Shown: positions 9,317-21,692 of the stretch, piece after piece | How the letters are laid out: each line of letters opens with the position of its first letter | Numbering within the stretch: the first letter of the stretch is position 1 | NCBI GenBank assembly: GCA_045614665.1 | Contig: JAZLDI010000013.1 | Coordinates: 6,642-70,641, forward strand | Length of the DNA: 64,000 nucleotides | Direction of reading: 5' to 3' | From: Candidatus Enterousia sp. | GTDB lineage: Bacteria > Pseudomonadota > Alphaproteobacteria > Rs-D84 | The notes under the pieces: model-generated | Told to the model about the DNA's origin: nothing | The model's database searches: none | Seen by the model: only the letters and a program-made list of their open reading frames with translations | Program-made: the position numbers and the translations under genes

Positions 9317-10213
9317 ATGACTAAGAAAACATACTCTGGCTTTGTAGCCATTATCGGCCCGACAAATGCGGGCAAAAGTACATTATTAAATCAAATTATG
9401 GGACGCAAAGTGTCCATTGTTTCGCACAAGGTGCAAACAACCCGAACACGCCTGCGTGCGGTGAAAATGGTGGGCGATAAGCAATTGGTGTTTGTCGATA
9501 CCCCCGGCGTGTTCAAGCCGTCACGCAGATTAGATCGTGCAATGGTCGCCGCCGCTATGGATGCGGTGGCAGATGCTGATGCGGTGTTGCTGTTGGTTGA
9601 TGCGCAAAAGGGATTGACCGAAACCATTCGCACATTGGCGGAGAAAATCAAAGAACGCCCAAACATCTTTGTCGCATTGAACAAGGTTGATGCAATCCCA
9701 AAACTGGAATTATTACCAATGGTCGCCGAATTAAACGAAATGGCGCCATGGCGTGAAATATTTATGATTTCGGCACTGAAAAATGACGGTGTTGAAAAAA
9801 TGTTGGGGGCACTGGCGGACGTTATGCCCGAAAGTCCGTATTTGTTTGATACGGTTGATGCACCCGATGTGCCGGATGAATTATATCTGTCTGAACTGAC
9901 CCGTGAAAAGATTTATAAATACATTCACCAGGAATTACCATATCATATCAATGTTGTCACCGAACGTGTTGACGTTGATGCCGACGGTGTCCTGGACATA
10001 TACCAGAAAATTGCAGTTCAAAACGAAGCGCACAAGAAGATAGTTGTAGGCAAGGGGGGCGAACAGTTAAAACGTATTGGTACCGCCGCCCGTCACGATA
10101 TTCAGGACCAGTGGGATGTAAATGCACGCCTGCACCTGTTTGTACGTGTGGAACCCGACTGGGAAGAAAAGGCAGAAAACTACATCGATCAGGGCTTAGA
10201 GTTTAAGAAGTAA
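9317..10213 (+). CDS. era: GTPase Era
   Basis: Start at the internal ATG 9317. G1 'GPTNAGKST', G3 'DTPG', G4 'NKVD'. C-terminal KH-like 'VGKGGEQLKRIG'. Confidence 0.9.
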   Translation: MTKKTYSGFVAIIGPTNAGKSTLLNQIMGRKVSIVSHKVQTTRTRLRAVKMVGDKQLVFVDTPGVFKPSRRLDRAMVAAAMDAVADADAVLLLVDAQKGLTETIRTLAEKIKERPNIFVALNKVDAIPKLELLPMVAELNEMAPWREIFMISALKNDGVEKMLGALADVMPESPYLFDTVDAPDVPDELYLSELTREKIYKYIHQELPYHINVVTERVDVDADGVLDIYQKIAVQNEAHKKIVVGKGGEQLKRIGTAARHDIQDQWDVNARLHLFVRVEPDWEEKAENYIDQGLEFKK

Positions 10214-10218
10214 AAGAA

Positions 10219-11269
10219 ATGCTAACATTATCTGATTTTGATTTTGATTTGCCAACCGATTTAATTGCGTCACATCCGTTGGCGCAACGTGATGCATCTC
10301 GTATGTTGGTGGTTGGTGCCGATGGCGCCATCGCGGACAAACATATCCGTGATTTTCTGGACTTTTTGCGTCCGGGTGATGTTGTTGTTATGAATAATTC
10401 ACGTGTTATTCCCGCACGCTTTGTGGCGGACGGTAAACACGAAATCACACTGCATACTGCGCTAAATGATAAAACCTGGTGGGGGCTGTGCAAAAAATAC
10501 ACCAAGATAAAAAAAGGGACAACCTTAACCCTGGACGATGGAACAACGGTTCGTGTGGTTGATAATGATGCCGAAAGTGGCCTGAAATTAAAATTTTTAT
10601 GTGATGATGTGTTTGCTGTATTGGACCGGGTGGGTAAATTACCCCTGCCGCCGTATATGAAGCGTGAAATGGAAGACTCTGATCGTGAACGTTATCAAAC
10701 GGTGTATTCGAAACACTTGGGGTCGTTGGCGGCGCCAACGGCTGGCCTGCATTTTACAGATGAATTATTGGATGAAATTCGTGCCCGTGGGGCAAAAATT
10801 GTTCATGTCACATTGCACGTTGGGGCGGGCACCTGGATGCCGGTCAAGACCGAGAATTTATCCGAACACAAAATGCACAGTGAATGGGCATTTATCAGTG
10901 AACCACACGCCCGTATGATTAACCGTGCCAAGCGTGTAATTGCGGTTGGTACGACATCTATGCGTGTGCTGGAATCGGCGGCGGCCGAATATGCCCGTCG
11001 TGCGGCGCGGAACAAAAATCTGAATCCAAAGCATCGTGTTTGTCCGTTTGGTCAAAATACAGATATATTCATCACGCCGGGCTATAAATTCCGTGCGGTT
11101 GATGTGTTGCTGACAAACTTTCATTTGCCGAAATCGACATTGTTTATGTTGGTGTCTGCGTTTTCTGGGCTGCCAGAAATGCGGGCGGCGTACAAGCACG
11201 CCGTTGATGAAAAATATAGATTTTTCAGTTATGGCGACTGCTGTCTGTTATTCAAAAGGGGGATAAGCG

Positions 11270-11295
<26 letters not shown>
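10219..11295 (+). CDS. queA: S-adenosylmethionine:tRNA ribosyltransferase-isomerase
   Basis: 'LSDFDFDLPTDLIASHPL', 'GLHFT', 'VGTTSMRVLES', 'FFSYGDCCLL'. Confidence 0.9.
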
Positions 11296-13985
<2,690 letters not shown>

Positions 13986-14002
13986 CCACAAAGGGGGGCG
14001 AT

Positions 14003-14986
14003 ATGGCAAAGAAAGAAGTCACAGTAATCGATATGGGCGGTGCAAAAACCGTACAGAAGAAGCAATCTGTTATCACCTGGACAAAACGTACATTTACAAT
14101 CATAACAGTTGTCTGGCTGGCGTTGGTTGCCTGGTTCCCATTGCATGTTAAAAACACATATTCCCAACCGATAAAGAAGTCGATAGTTGTATCAATGTTC
14201 TTTGACCTGCAAAAGGGGATAGTAAAGCAATACGAAGCATTGTTGTCTGGTGTGGCAAAATCTATTAACCTGGAAAAACCAATTGCCGCCGCGATAAAGG
14301 GCGTAAAAATGGCAGATAACACCGTTGACAAGGTGACAAATGTCGCCGATAAAGCCAAAGATGCCACCGCAGACGTATCTGAAAAAACATCGGGGGTAAA
14401 GAAATTAACGGGCATTGCCAATAAATTCGGCATTAAAACCGGTGGCGCTGACAAAGCCGTTGCCCAGGTCGACCAGGGTGTCGCCCGTGCAAATGATGCA
14501 ATCGCATCGGTTGATAAAACGGCACAACTGGTAAATGAAAAGTTGGATAAAATTCAGGGGGATTTAACCCGTGTTGCACAAACCGAAATTGATAAAGCAT
14601 TGGACACGGCGGTAAAATCTGCGCTGGATAAAAACAGTGGTGGTTTGGGTACGACATTGCTAACTAATTATGGCGTGGAACATGTTTATGCATGGCGTCC
14701 GTCATCATGGGGTGTTGCCACCAAGATTTACGACGATTTATCTAAATCGGATGTGGATACCATAACCGTAATCACCCGCACGGTTGACACGTACTTTGGC
14801 TATGTTGCGTGGGGCCTGGTTGTGGGTGCGTGGGCGATTGGATTGTATATCTGGTGGTTGGTATCTAAGAAGGTAAAATCTATTTTGAAACCGTTTAATG
14901 TATGTCCACGCTGTGGCCACACATATGCTGATAAACGTACGGCAATGGGCCTGTTAAAGGTATTTCAGCCTTGGACGTGGTTTTGA
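14003..14986 (+). CDS. Hypothetical membrane protein (2 TM, K/A/D-rich helical central region, C-terminal 'CPRCGH')
   Basis: RBS 'AAAGGGGGG' precedes the ATG. TM segments at about aa 30-50 and 270-295. The central segment is amphipathic and low-complexity. Confidence 0.5.
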   Translation: MAKKEVTVIDMGGAKTVQKKQSVITWTKRTFTIITVVWLALVAWFPLHVKNTYSQPIKKSIVVSMFFDLQKGIVKQYEALLSGVAKSINLEKPIAAAIKGVKMADNTVDKVTNVADKAKDATADVSEKTSGVKKLTGIANKFGIKTGGADKAVAQVDQGVARANDAIASVDKTAQLVNEKLDKIQGDLTRVAQTEIDKALDTAVKSALDKNSGGLGTTLLTNYGVEHVYAWRPSSWGVATKIYDDLSKSDVDTITVITRTVDTYFGYVAWGLVVGAWAIGLYIWWLVSKKVKSILKPFNVCPRCGHTYADKRTAMGLLKVFQPWTWF

Positions 14987-15031
14987 TAATGGGTTGAAAA
15001 TAGGATGGAAAATAAAAAACGAAAAAAATAC

Positions 15032-15060
15032 TTGCAATGCGAAAAAATATATGTCAATAT
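15032..15060 (+). promoter_or_regulatory. Sigma-70-type promoter for tRNA-Gly
   Basis: TTGCAA-17 nt-CAATAT, ending 12 nt upstream of the mature tRNA 5' end. Confidence 0.5.
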
Positions 15061-15072
15061 ATACCACGCAAT

Positions 15073-15149
15073 GCGAGCGTAGCTCAGTTGGCTAGAGCGC
15101 AACCTTGCCAAGGTTGAGGTCGAGGGTTCGAGCCCCTTTGCTCGCACCA
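15073..15149 (+). tRNA. tRNA-Gly (anticodon GCC), CCA encoded
   Basis: Cloverleaf folds by hand. Acceptor GCGAGCG/TGCTCGC, anticodon stem CAACC/GGTTG with loop TTGCCAA, T-arm GAGGG-TTCGAGC-CCCTT, then A-CCA. Confidence 0.9.
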
Positions 15150-15156
15150 GGATTTA

Positions 15157-15186
15157 TAAGACCGTCCTTGTGGGCGGTCTTATTTC
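15157..15186 (+). terminator. Intrinsic terminator after tRNA-Gly
   Basis: 'TAAGACCGTCC-TTGT-GGGCGGTCTTATTT'. Confidence 0.6.
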
Positions 15187-15322
15187 AAATAAACAGGATG
15201 CATAGAATAATGAAATTGTTTATTAAACGTTTTAATTGATTGTGCGACCAACAGTAACAAAACTGCGGGCGCACTTTGGTACGTCCGTTTTTTTATTAAA
15301 AAAAGCCAAGGGAAAACAAAAA

Positions 15323-16798
15323 ATGTCAGAAAATACAACAAACACAGCGATTTCAACAAATGAATTGACGGCACGTCTGCAAAAGGCTGAAAATATCCGT
15401 GTCCGTGATGGCGTTGTATGGAAAGACAAATTTGACCGCACGCATACGATTGAGGATGCACGTAATCTGGCCGATGGTACGCCGGTACGCTTGGCGGGAC
15501 GTGTGACAGCATTGCGTTGGTTGGGCAAGTTGATGTTTGGTCGTATTTATGACATCAATGGCGAAATTCAGTTTTCTATGTCACGTGAAGAATTGGGCGA
15601 AGAAAATTATAAGTTTATGAAGGCCAATGTTGATTTGGGTGATTTTGTCGGCATTACAGGTGAATTGTATCACACAACTGCCGGCGAATTAACGGTAAAG
15701 GTATCAGCGTATGAAATCCTGGCCAAGGCTTTGCGTCCATTGCCTGAAAAGTATCATGGCCTGACCGATATGGAAACACGCTATCGCCAGCGTTATTTGG
15801 ACATTATTTCGAACCCAGAGGCACGCAGTGCATTACTGGGGCGTTTCAAGATGACCCAATACTGGCGCGATTATATGAACCGTAATGGTTTCTTGGAAAT
15901 TGAAACACCAATTATGCAAAATATTGCATCTGGTGCGGCGGCGCGTCCATTTACAACACATCACAATGCCCTGGATACAGATTTTCAGTTGCGCATTTCG
16001 CCTGAATTATTCTTGAAACAGGCTATTGGTGCCGGCTTTGACCGCGTGTATGAGGTTGCCAAAGACTTCCGCAACGAGGGTATGGATGCAATGCACCTGC
16101 AAGAATTCACAATGGTTGAATGGTACGCGGCATATTGGGACTTTAACGACAATATCAAATTTACATGGGAATTAATCCAGGAATTATTGATTAAATGCCG
16201 TGGAACATTACAGATTGAATATCAGGGCACATCTCTTGATTTCAGCAAATATGAAATGATTGACTATACGGCCAAGATGAACGAATTCTTTGGTTGTGAT
16301 ATCTTGGATTTTGATGATGTTGATGAATTGCGCCAGAAATTGGTGGATAACGGGATGTTCCCGATGGCTGAACTAGAAGATTTGAAATCAATTCCAACAT
16401 TGGTCGATTATGTTTACAAGCGCAAGATTCGTGGCGATATTGTAAATCCGACATTCTTGTATAACTATCCGGCATATATGGTTCCATTGGCCCGTCGCAG
16501 CGATGCCGACGAACGCAGAATAGATATGTATCAATTATTGGTATGTGGCGCCGAAATCTGCAAGGGGTATTCCGAACTTGTAAACCCAATCCAGCAATTA
16601 GCAGCATTCGAAGAGCAAGCACGTAATATCGCCGATGGGGATGAAGAAGCATTTAATCCAGATAATGATTTTGTTCGTGCGATGGAACATGGTTTTCCGC
16701 CGATTTCTGGTGTTGGTATGGGGGTTGATCGTTTGGCAAGCATTATTTTCGACCAGCCAACCTTGCGCGATGTAATCTTGTTCCCAATAATGAAATAG
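15323..16798 (+). CDS. lysS: Lysyl-tRNA synthetase, class II
   Basis: Start at the internal ATG 15323. OB-fold N-domain 'VRLAGRVTALRWLGKLMFGRI'. Class II motif 2 'FRNEGMDAMHLQEFTMVEWY' and motif 3 'GVGMGVDRL'. Confidence 0.9.
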   Translation: MSENTTNTAISTNELTARLQKAENIRVRDGVVWKDKFDRTHTIEDARNLADGTPVRLAGRVTALRWLGKLMFGRIYDINGEIQFSMSREELGEENYKFMKANVDLGDFVGITGELYHTTAGELTVKVSAYEILAKALRPLPEKYHGLTDMETRYRQRYLDIISNPEARSALLGRFKMTQYWRDYMNRNGFLEIETPIMQNIASGAAARPFTTHHNALDTDFQLRISPELFLKQAIGAGFDRVYEVAKDFRNEGMDAMHLQEFTMVEWYAAYWDFNDNIKFTWELIQELLIKCRGTLQIEYQGTSLDFSKYEMIDYTAKMNEFFGCDILDFDDVDELRQKLVDNGMFPMAELEDLKSIPTLVDYVYKRKIRGDIVNPTFLYNYPAYMVPLARRSDADERRIDMYQLLVCGAEICKGYSELVNPIQQLAAFEEQARNIADGDEEAFNPDNDFVRAMEHGFPPISGVGMGVDRLASIIFDQPTLRDVILFPIMK

Positions 16799-16799
16799 G

Positions 16800-18209
16800 G
16801 TGGTTGGTATGAATGATGGTATGCCTGATGGCTATGCGGAAACATTAACCCTGGAACGGGACAGAAAAAATCTATCTGCAATTGATAATGCGGTCGAATC
16901 CGGTCTTATTAACGAAGAGGCGGCCGAATACTTGCGTACATTGTACAGCGATAGTATGATCTGGTTTCGCGAGATATTTCATATACTGGGTAAATCATTT
17001 GGTGCGCCCAAGGCACCCGTTATGCAATATGATTATGCGACGGATTCGGCTATTGATGAACCGATGAAGATTTCGGATATTCATCCGTTGTCCCCCTATG
17101 TTGTTCAGCATCGTTTGGATGCTGACCCTATGCGTAATCAGTTCTTTACAAGTGCCCCCGGACATAAAATTGAATTGTCGGTATCGTCAATTGTAACTGT
17201 TATTGTCGCAGCCCAGAAAAGAATAGAGCGTTCTTTGGATAAAATTACGGGTAAATATTATCGTGATTATGTAAATGACGTTGCTCGTGCCGCGTCCCGC
17301 GTGTTAAGCGCCGATGGTCGTGATGCGTCCGCGCGTGCAATATCAGACAAGATTCATAAAATTTTTGACGAGAAATATATTACTAATGCATCTGAAACGG
17401 TATTGTCGATTATTGGTCGAGGACACGAGAAAATAGCGGTTGAAATGGTTCGTGCCCTGGATAAAATTGAAAAACCTCATCAAAGATTACAAGATGTCTG
17501 GCGTGTAAAATGTCTTTTTGATTTAATCCCCCAGGCACGGACGTTTATTGAACGTCTTTATTCCGCAATGCCAGAGCGTATTTTGTCCAGTCGTGACAAA
17601 TTCTATGATATGACGAATCCGCGTAACTATCGTGATGCCAAGATTATATTAAATATCGGTCATGGCAAGACGGTAATTCCAATGGAAATTATATGTCAGG
17701 TGCGTACATTTTTTGAATTTGAACGTAAAACACACGAAGTGTATGAAACGACGCGTCTGGCAAAGAATGCAAAATCAGACAATATGGAAAGCAAATTGGC
17801 CACATTCCTAGAAGATGGCGTAAAATCGTACAATCGTATGATTTGTCGCTGTCTAGAGGCGTTATTTGAACGTGTTGGTTGGAATATTTTATATTCCCAG
17901 GACAATCATATATCTATGTTCGAAGGTTTTCCGCATGAATGCAAGTTGTATTATCCGCAAAAGATATTGGATAATATCAATGAAAAGCTGGACGATACCA
18001 TTGAAAACGAGGTTTTCCGTGTTGAAAATGCGCCAACAAAATTAACCGCCAATCAGCAAGCCAAGATTTTCCATTTTATGGCGCGCTTTGTGTTGGTGTC
18101 GGCGATGCCTTACATGCAACGTGACTGGGCGTTTGCCCCAACGACCCAGGCGGAAAAGTTATTTAACTTCGTTATGAATGAGGTTCAACGTTACTATAAA
18201 AAATCTTAG
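16800..18209 (+). CDS. Hypothetical protein with a tentative RelA/SpoT-like nucleotidyltransferase core
   Basis: GTG at 16800 (or ATG at 16809) lies 1 nt after the lysS stop. aa ~207-316 read 'RGHEKIAVEMVRALDK..DVWRVKCLF..NPRNYRDAKIIL..EIICQVRTFFEFERKTHEVYE', which parallels the RelA_SpoT motif order. Confidence 0.35.
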   Translation: MVGMNDGMPDGYAETLTLERDRKNLSAIDNAVESGLINEEAAEYLRTLYSDSMIWFREIFHILGKSFGAPKAPVMQYDYATDSAIDEPMKISDIHPLSPYVVQHRLDADPMRNQFFTSAPGHKIELSVSSIVTVIVAAQKRIERSLDKITGKYYRDYVNDVARAASRVLSADGRDASARAISDKIHKIFDEKYITNASETVLSIIGRGHEKIAVEMVRALDKIEKPHQRLQDVWRVKCLFDLIPQARTFIERLYSAMPERILSSRDKFYDMTNPRNYRDAKIILNIGHGKTVIPMEIICQVRTFFEFERKTHEVYETTRLAKNAKSDNMESKLATFLEDGVKSYNRMICRCLEALFERVGWNILYSQDNHISMFEGFPHECKLYYPQKILDNINEKLDDTIENEVFRVENAPTKLTANQQAKIFHFMARFVLVSAMPYMQRDWAFAPTTQAEKLFNFVMNEVQRYYKKS

Positions 18210-18216
18210 TATTGTT

Positions 18217-18243
18217 ATCCCGCCATCCGGCGGGTATTTTTAT
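18217..18243 (+). terminator. Intrinsic terminator after the lysS operon
   Basis: 'ATCCCGCC-ATCC-GGCGGGTATTTTT'. Confidence 0.7.
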
Positions 18244-18335
18244 TCCCCTTGCGTTAAATGGTCAAAAATGTAAAAATAGTATCAGGTTCTTGACTGTCTT
18301 ACAGAACCATAACAAGCATAACAAAGGATACGATT

Positions 18336-18677
18336 ATGCGTCAGGGAAAAGTAAAATGGTATAACGGTAAAAAGTGTTTTGGGTTTATTACCCCGGATAC
18401 ACCAAATGAAAATGGTAACACAGATGATGTATTTGTTCATTCCAGTTCATTAAAGGCTGCGGGCATTCGCTTCTTGAATGAAAATGATGTCGTAGAATTC
18501 GAAGAAGAGGTGCGCAATGATAAATTATCAGCCACAACTATTACATTGATTCAACGTGACGAAGAATCCGCTCGTCGTTTTCAGGAACGTCGTGCCGAAC
18601 GTCGTCGCGCAATCGAGGACAGAAAACAACGCGAAGAAAAGTCAACTCGTCGTGGTTTTGCTTTCTGGAAAAAATAA
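18336..18677 (+). CDS. cspA: Cold-shock domain protein with a long Arg/Glu-rich C-terminal tail
   Basis: 'GKVKWYNGKKCFGFITPD' (RNP1-like), 'DVFVHSSSL' (RNP2-like). About 45 aa of extra basic/acidic tail. Confidence 0.8.
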   Translation: MRQGKVKWYNGKKCFGFITPDTPNENGNTDDVFVHSSSLKAAGIRFLNENDVVEFEEEVRNDKLSATTITLIQRDEESARRFQERRAERRRAIEDRKQREEKSTRRGFAFWKK

Positions 18678-18688
18678 TATTTATATCT

Positions 18689-18719
18689 AAAAAAAATCCC
18701 CCGTTTGGGGGATTTTTTA
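18689..18719. terminator. Bidirectional intrinsic terminator (csp / dnaK)
   Basis: 'AAAAAAAATCCCCC-GTTT-GGGGGATTTTTT'. Confidence 0.75.
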
Positions 18720-20612
18720 TTTCTTTTCAGAAAAGTCTGCATCGACCGTGCCATCATCATTTTTCTTGTCGTCGGCACCGGATGCGGCGGCTTGTTCTGC
18801 CTGGGCGGCTTTATAAACCGCTTCGCCCAATTTCATTGCCTTTTCAGACAACGCATCGGTCTTGGCTTTCAAAGATTCTGCGGTTGCATCCGCCTTGGCC
18901 AATTCATCTGCCAATTCTTTCTTGGCGTCTTCAATGGCCTTCTTTTCATCTTCACTGATTTTATCGCCATGTTCTTTCAGTGACTTTTCAATGCTGAATA
19001 TCGCTGTTTCGGCGGTGTTTTTTGCCTCGGCCAATTCACGTTTCAGTTTGTCTGCCTCTGCATTGGCGGCGGCTTCATCAACCATACGTTTGATTTCATC
19101 TTCTGACAGACCACCGTCTGATTTAATTGAAATCGCTTGTTCTTTGCCGGTGCCCTTGTCTTTGGCCGATACGTGAACAATACCGTTTGCGTCGATATCG
19201 AACGAAACCTCAATCTGTGGCATACCACGTGGGGCCGGGGCGATACCTTCCAGGTTAAATTGACCCAATAATTTGTTATCTGCGGCCATATCACGTTCAC
19301 CCTGGAATACACGAATTGTCACGGCCGATTGATTGTCTTCGGCGGTACTAAATACCTGTGACTTCTTTGTTGGGATTGTAGTGTTGCGGTCGATTAAGCG
19401 TGTAAATACGCCGCCCAACGTTTCAATACCCAATGACAATGGTGTCACGTCCAACAACAGAACATCTTTTACATCACCCTTTAAAACACCACCCTGAATT
19501 GCGGCCCCCATACCGACAACTTCGTCTGGGTTAACGCCTTTGTGTGGTTCGCGACCAAAGAATTCTTTAACCGTTTCCGCAACCTTTGGCATACGGGTTT
19601 GACCACCAACCAAGATAACTTCGTTAATTTGTGATTTTTCCAAACCAGCATCTTTTAATGCCTTTTTGCAAGGTTCGATTGTGCGTTCAATCAAATCTGC
19701 AACCAAAGATTCCAATTTTGCACGTGTCAGTGTTGTGTTGAAATGTTTTGGACCCGATGCATCCGCCGTCAAGAATGGCAGGTTGATATCTGTAGAAGTT
19801 TTAGACGATAATTCAATTTTTGCTTTTTCTGCGGCTTCTTTCAAGCGTTGCAGTGCCAATTTGTCGCCCGACAAATCAATTCCAGTCTGGGACTTGAATT
19901 CCGCAATCAGGTGTTCCAAAATACGCGCATCAAAGTCCGAACCACCCAACGCGGTATCGCCGTTTGTGGATTTTACTTCGAATACACCGTCGATAATTTC
20001 CAATATGGATACGTCAAACGTACCGCCGCCCAGGTCGTAAACCGCGATAATACCGTCTTTGCCCTTATCCAGGCCATATGCCAATGCGGCGGCGGTTGGT
20101 TCATTAACAATACGCAACACGTTTAAACCCGCAATACGACCGGCATCTTTTGTTGCCTGACGCTGAGAATCATTAAAGTATGCCGGCACCGTAATAACTG
20201 CATCTGTTACCGGTTCGCCCAAATAGGCTTCTGCATCCTTTTTTAATTTGCCTAAAATCATAGCGGAAATCTGGGATGGGGCATATTTTTTGCCGTCCAT
20301 TTCAACCCACGCATCACCGTTGTCACCGGCAACAATTTTATATGGTACACGTGCAGCGATTTCTTTGACCGCTGGGCTGTCAAAACGCAATCCCATTAAA
20401 CGTTTGATTTCATAAATTGTATTTTCAGGGTTTGTGACGGCCTGATTCTTGGCGGTAATGCCAACCAATTGTTCGCCGTTTGATGTCAATGCTACAACCG
20501 ATGGTGTTGTGCGTTGTCCCTCTGAATTTTCGATGATTTTTGGGTCTGTTCCATCCATAAAAGCCATGGCGGAATTAGTAGTTCCCAAGTCAATACCAAT
20601 TACTTTTCCCAT
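18717..20612 (-). CDS. dnaK: Molecular chaperone DnaK (Hsp70)
   Basis: 'GIDLGTTNS', '[10 protein letters not shown]', '[11 protein letters not shown]'. 631 aa. Confidence 0.97.
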   Translation of the reverse strand: MGKVIGIDLGTTNSAMAFMDGTDPKIIENSEGQRTTPSVVALTSNGEQLVGITAKNQAVTNPENTIYEIKRLMGLRFDSPAVKEIAARVPYKIVAGDNGDAWVEMDGKKYAPSQISAMILGKLKKDAEAYLGEPVTDAVITVPAYFNDSQRQATKDAGRIAGLNVLRIVNEPTAAALAYGLDKGKDGIIAVYDLGGGTFDVSILEIIDGVFEVKSTNGDTALGGSDFDARILEHLIAEFKSQTGIDLSGDKLALQRLKEAAEKAKIELSSKTSTDINLPFLTADASGPKHFNTTLTRAKLESLVADLIERTIEPCKKALKDAGLEKSQINEVILVGGQTRMPKVAETVKEFFGREPHKGVNPDEVVGMGAAIQGGVLKGDVKDVLLLDVTPLSLGIETLGGVFTRLIDRNTTIPTKKSQVFSTAEDNQSAVTIRVFQGERDMAADNKLLGQFNLEGIAPAPRGMPQIEVSFDIDANGIVHVSAKDKGTGKEQAISIKSDGGLSEDEIKRMVDEAAANAEADKLKRELAEAKNTAETAIFSIEKSLKEHGDKISEDEKKAIEDAKKELADELAKADATAESLKAKTDALSEKAMKLGEAVYKAAQAEQAAASGADDKKNDDGTVDADFSEKK

Positions 20613-20644
20613 TTTTTTTACTCCTTAAAATTTTCGCTTAACCA

Positions 20645-20677
20645 CCATATAGTTATGCAAAAAATGTTTTCAAGGGG
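20645..20677 (-). promoter_or_regulatory. Candidate sigma-32 (heat-shock) promoter of dnaK
   Basis: Minus-strand read 'CCCCTTGAAAA-N-CTATAT', i.e. CTTGAA-16 nt-CTATAT, about 30 nt upstream of the 'AAGGAG' RBS. Confidence 0.4.
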
Positions 20678-20685
20678 CAACAGAC

Positions 20686-21603
20686 TTATTTTCTTAATTT
20701 TTTATTCAGTTTCGGAACGTGCTTTAATATCGCGGTATCTTCGATATCGTTCATATCGTGCTTATCAAAATCGGCACGCTGAAAAGTATTTTCTGCAAAC
20801 GTCTGTCCGTGCAAAACATCACCACGTGATTTGCGCCGCTGGTATTCCGCCCACGATTTACAGTAATAGTGATTGGTACGAATCACATTCTTGCTTGGGT
20901 AAATTGTTTTTGATGCACAGACACCAACGTGAACAAACGCGTCAAAAATCAGGCGCGGGTTAACAATAGATTTTCTGTGCCAAATTTTTCGCGCAGATTT
21001 AGTATAACTTTCAATAACCAGGCCACTTGGTTTTTCTATGTGTCCGTTTGAACCAAAGAATAACCACGGTGTCGAAACCTGGCCAACAGATTTTGGTAGC
21101 GATCGCAGATAGTCTGCGATATTGCCATGTTTGATTGGTAAAATAAATTCATCTAAATCTACAACTGCCAACCATGTTGTATCGAATTTATGTGTGTCGA
21201 TACAGTGTTTATATGCGGCCAGCTGTTGTCTTTGACCGGGCCAGTATTTGTATTCAACAAATCCAGAATCAATATATGGTTTCAGGATTTCCATCGTACT
21301 GTCATCGCTTTCATTATCATAAATATATATTTTATCAACGCCCAGCAAAGAATAGTATTCCAGCCATTCTGGTAAATATGCAGACTCGTTCTTAATAATT
21401 GCCAGCACTGACAAGAAATGTTTCTGGTGTGGGTGTGATTTATCGATGTGTTTCATCTGGCGTGCTTGCTTTAAAAACGCCCGCCATCCTTCTGGATAAT
21501 CTAATGCACTTGTAATTTTATGGCGCCACGAACGAACCGGCACAAAGGTTGAAATCAAGCGTTTGATTGTTTTCTTGTGTTTTTGATAAAAAGACATCGC
21601 CAC
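20686..21603 (-). CDS. Glycosyltransferase (GT2/GT92-like, Glyco_tranf_2_4 type)
   Basis: 'LSVLAIIKNESAYLPEWLEYYSLLGVDKIYIYDNESDDST' and 'VVDLDEF' (DxD-like). Confidence 0.65.
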   Translation of the reverse strand: MAMSFYQKHKKTIKRLISTFVPVRSWRHKITSALDYPEGWRAFLKQARQMKHIDKSHPHQKHFLSVLAIIKNESAYLPEWLEYYSLLGVDKIYIYDNESDDSTMEILKPYIDSGFVEYKYWPGQRQQLAAYKHCIDTHKFDTTWLAVVDLDEFILPIKHGNIADYLRSLPKSVGQVSTPWLFFGSNGHIEKPSGLVIESYTKSARKIWHRKSIVNPRLIFDAFVHVGVCASKTIYPSKNVIRTNHYYCKSWAEYQRRKSRGDVLHGQTFAENTFQRADFDKHDMNDIEDTAILKHVPKLNKKLRK

Positions 21604-21661
21604 CCCCGTGTGATTATTATTATGAAAATAATCCTAGCAAAGGGATGGCGATTGTACAAAT

Positions 21662-21692
21662 AAAAAATCCCGCCAATTGGCGGGGATTTTTT
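21662..21692 (-). terminator. Intrinsic terminator downstream of rplY
   Basis: 'AAAAAATCCCGCC-AATT-GGCGGGGATTTTTT' (palindromic, usable on either strand). Confidence 0.7.
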
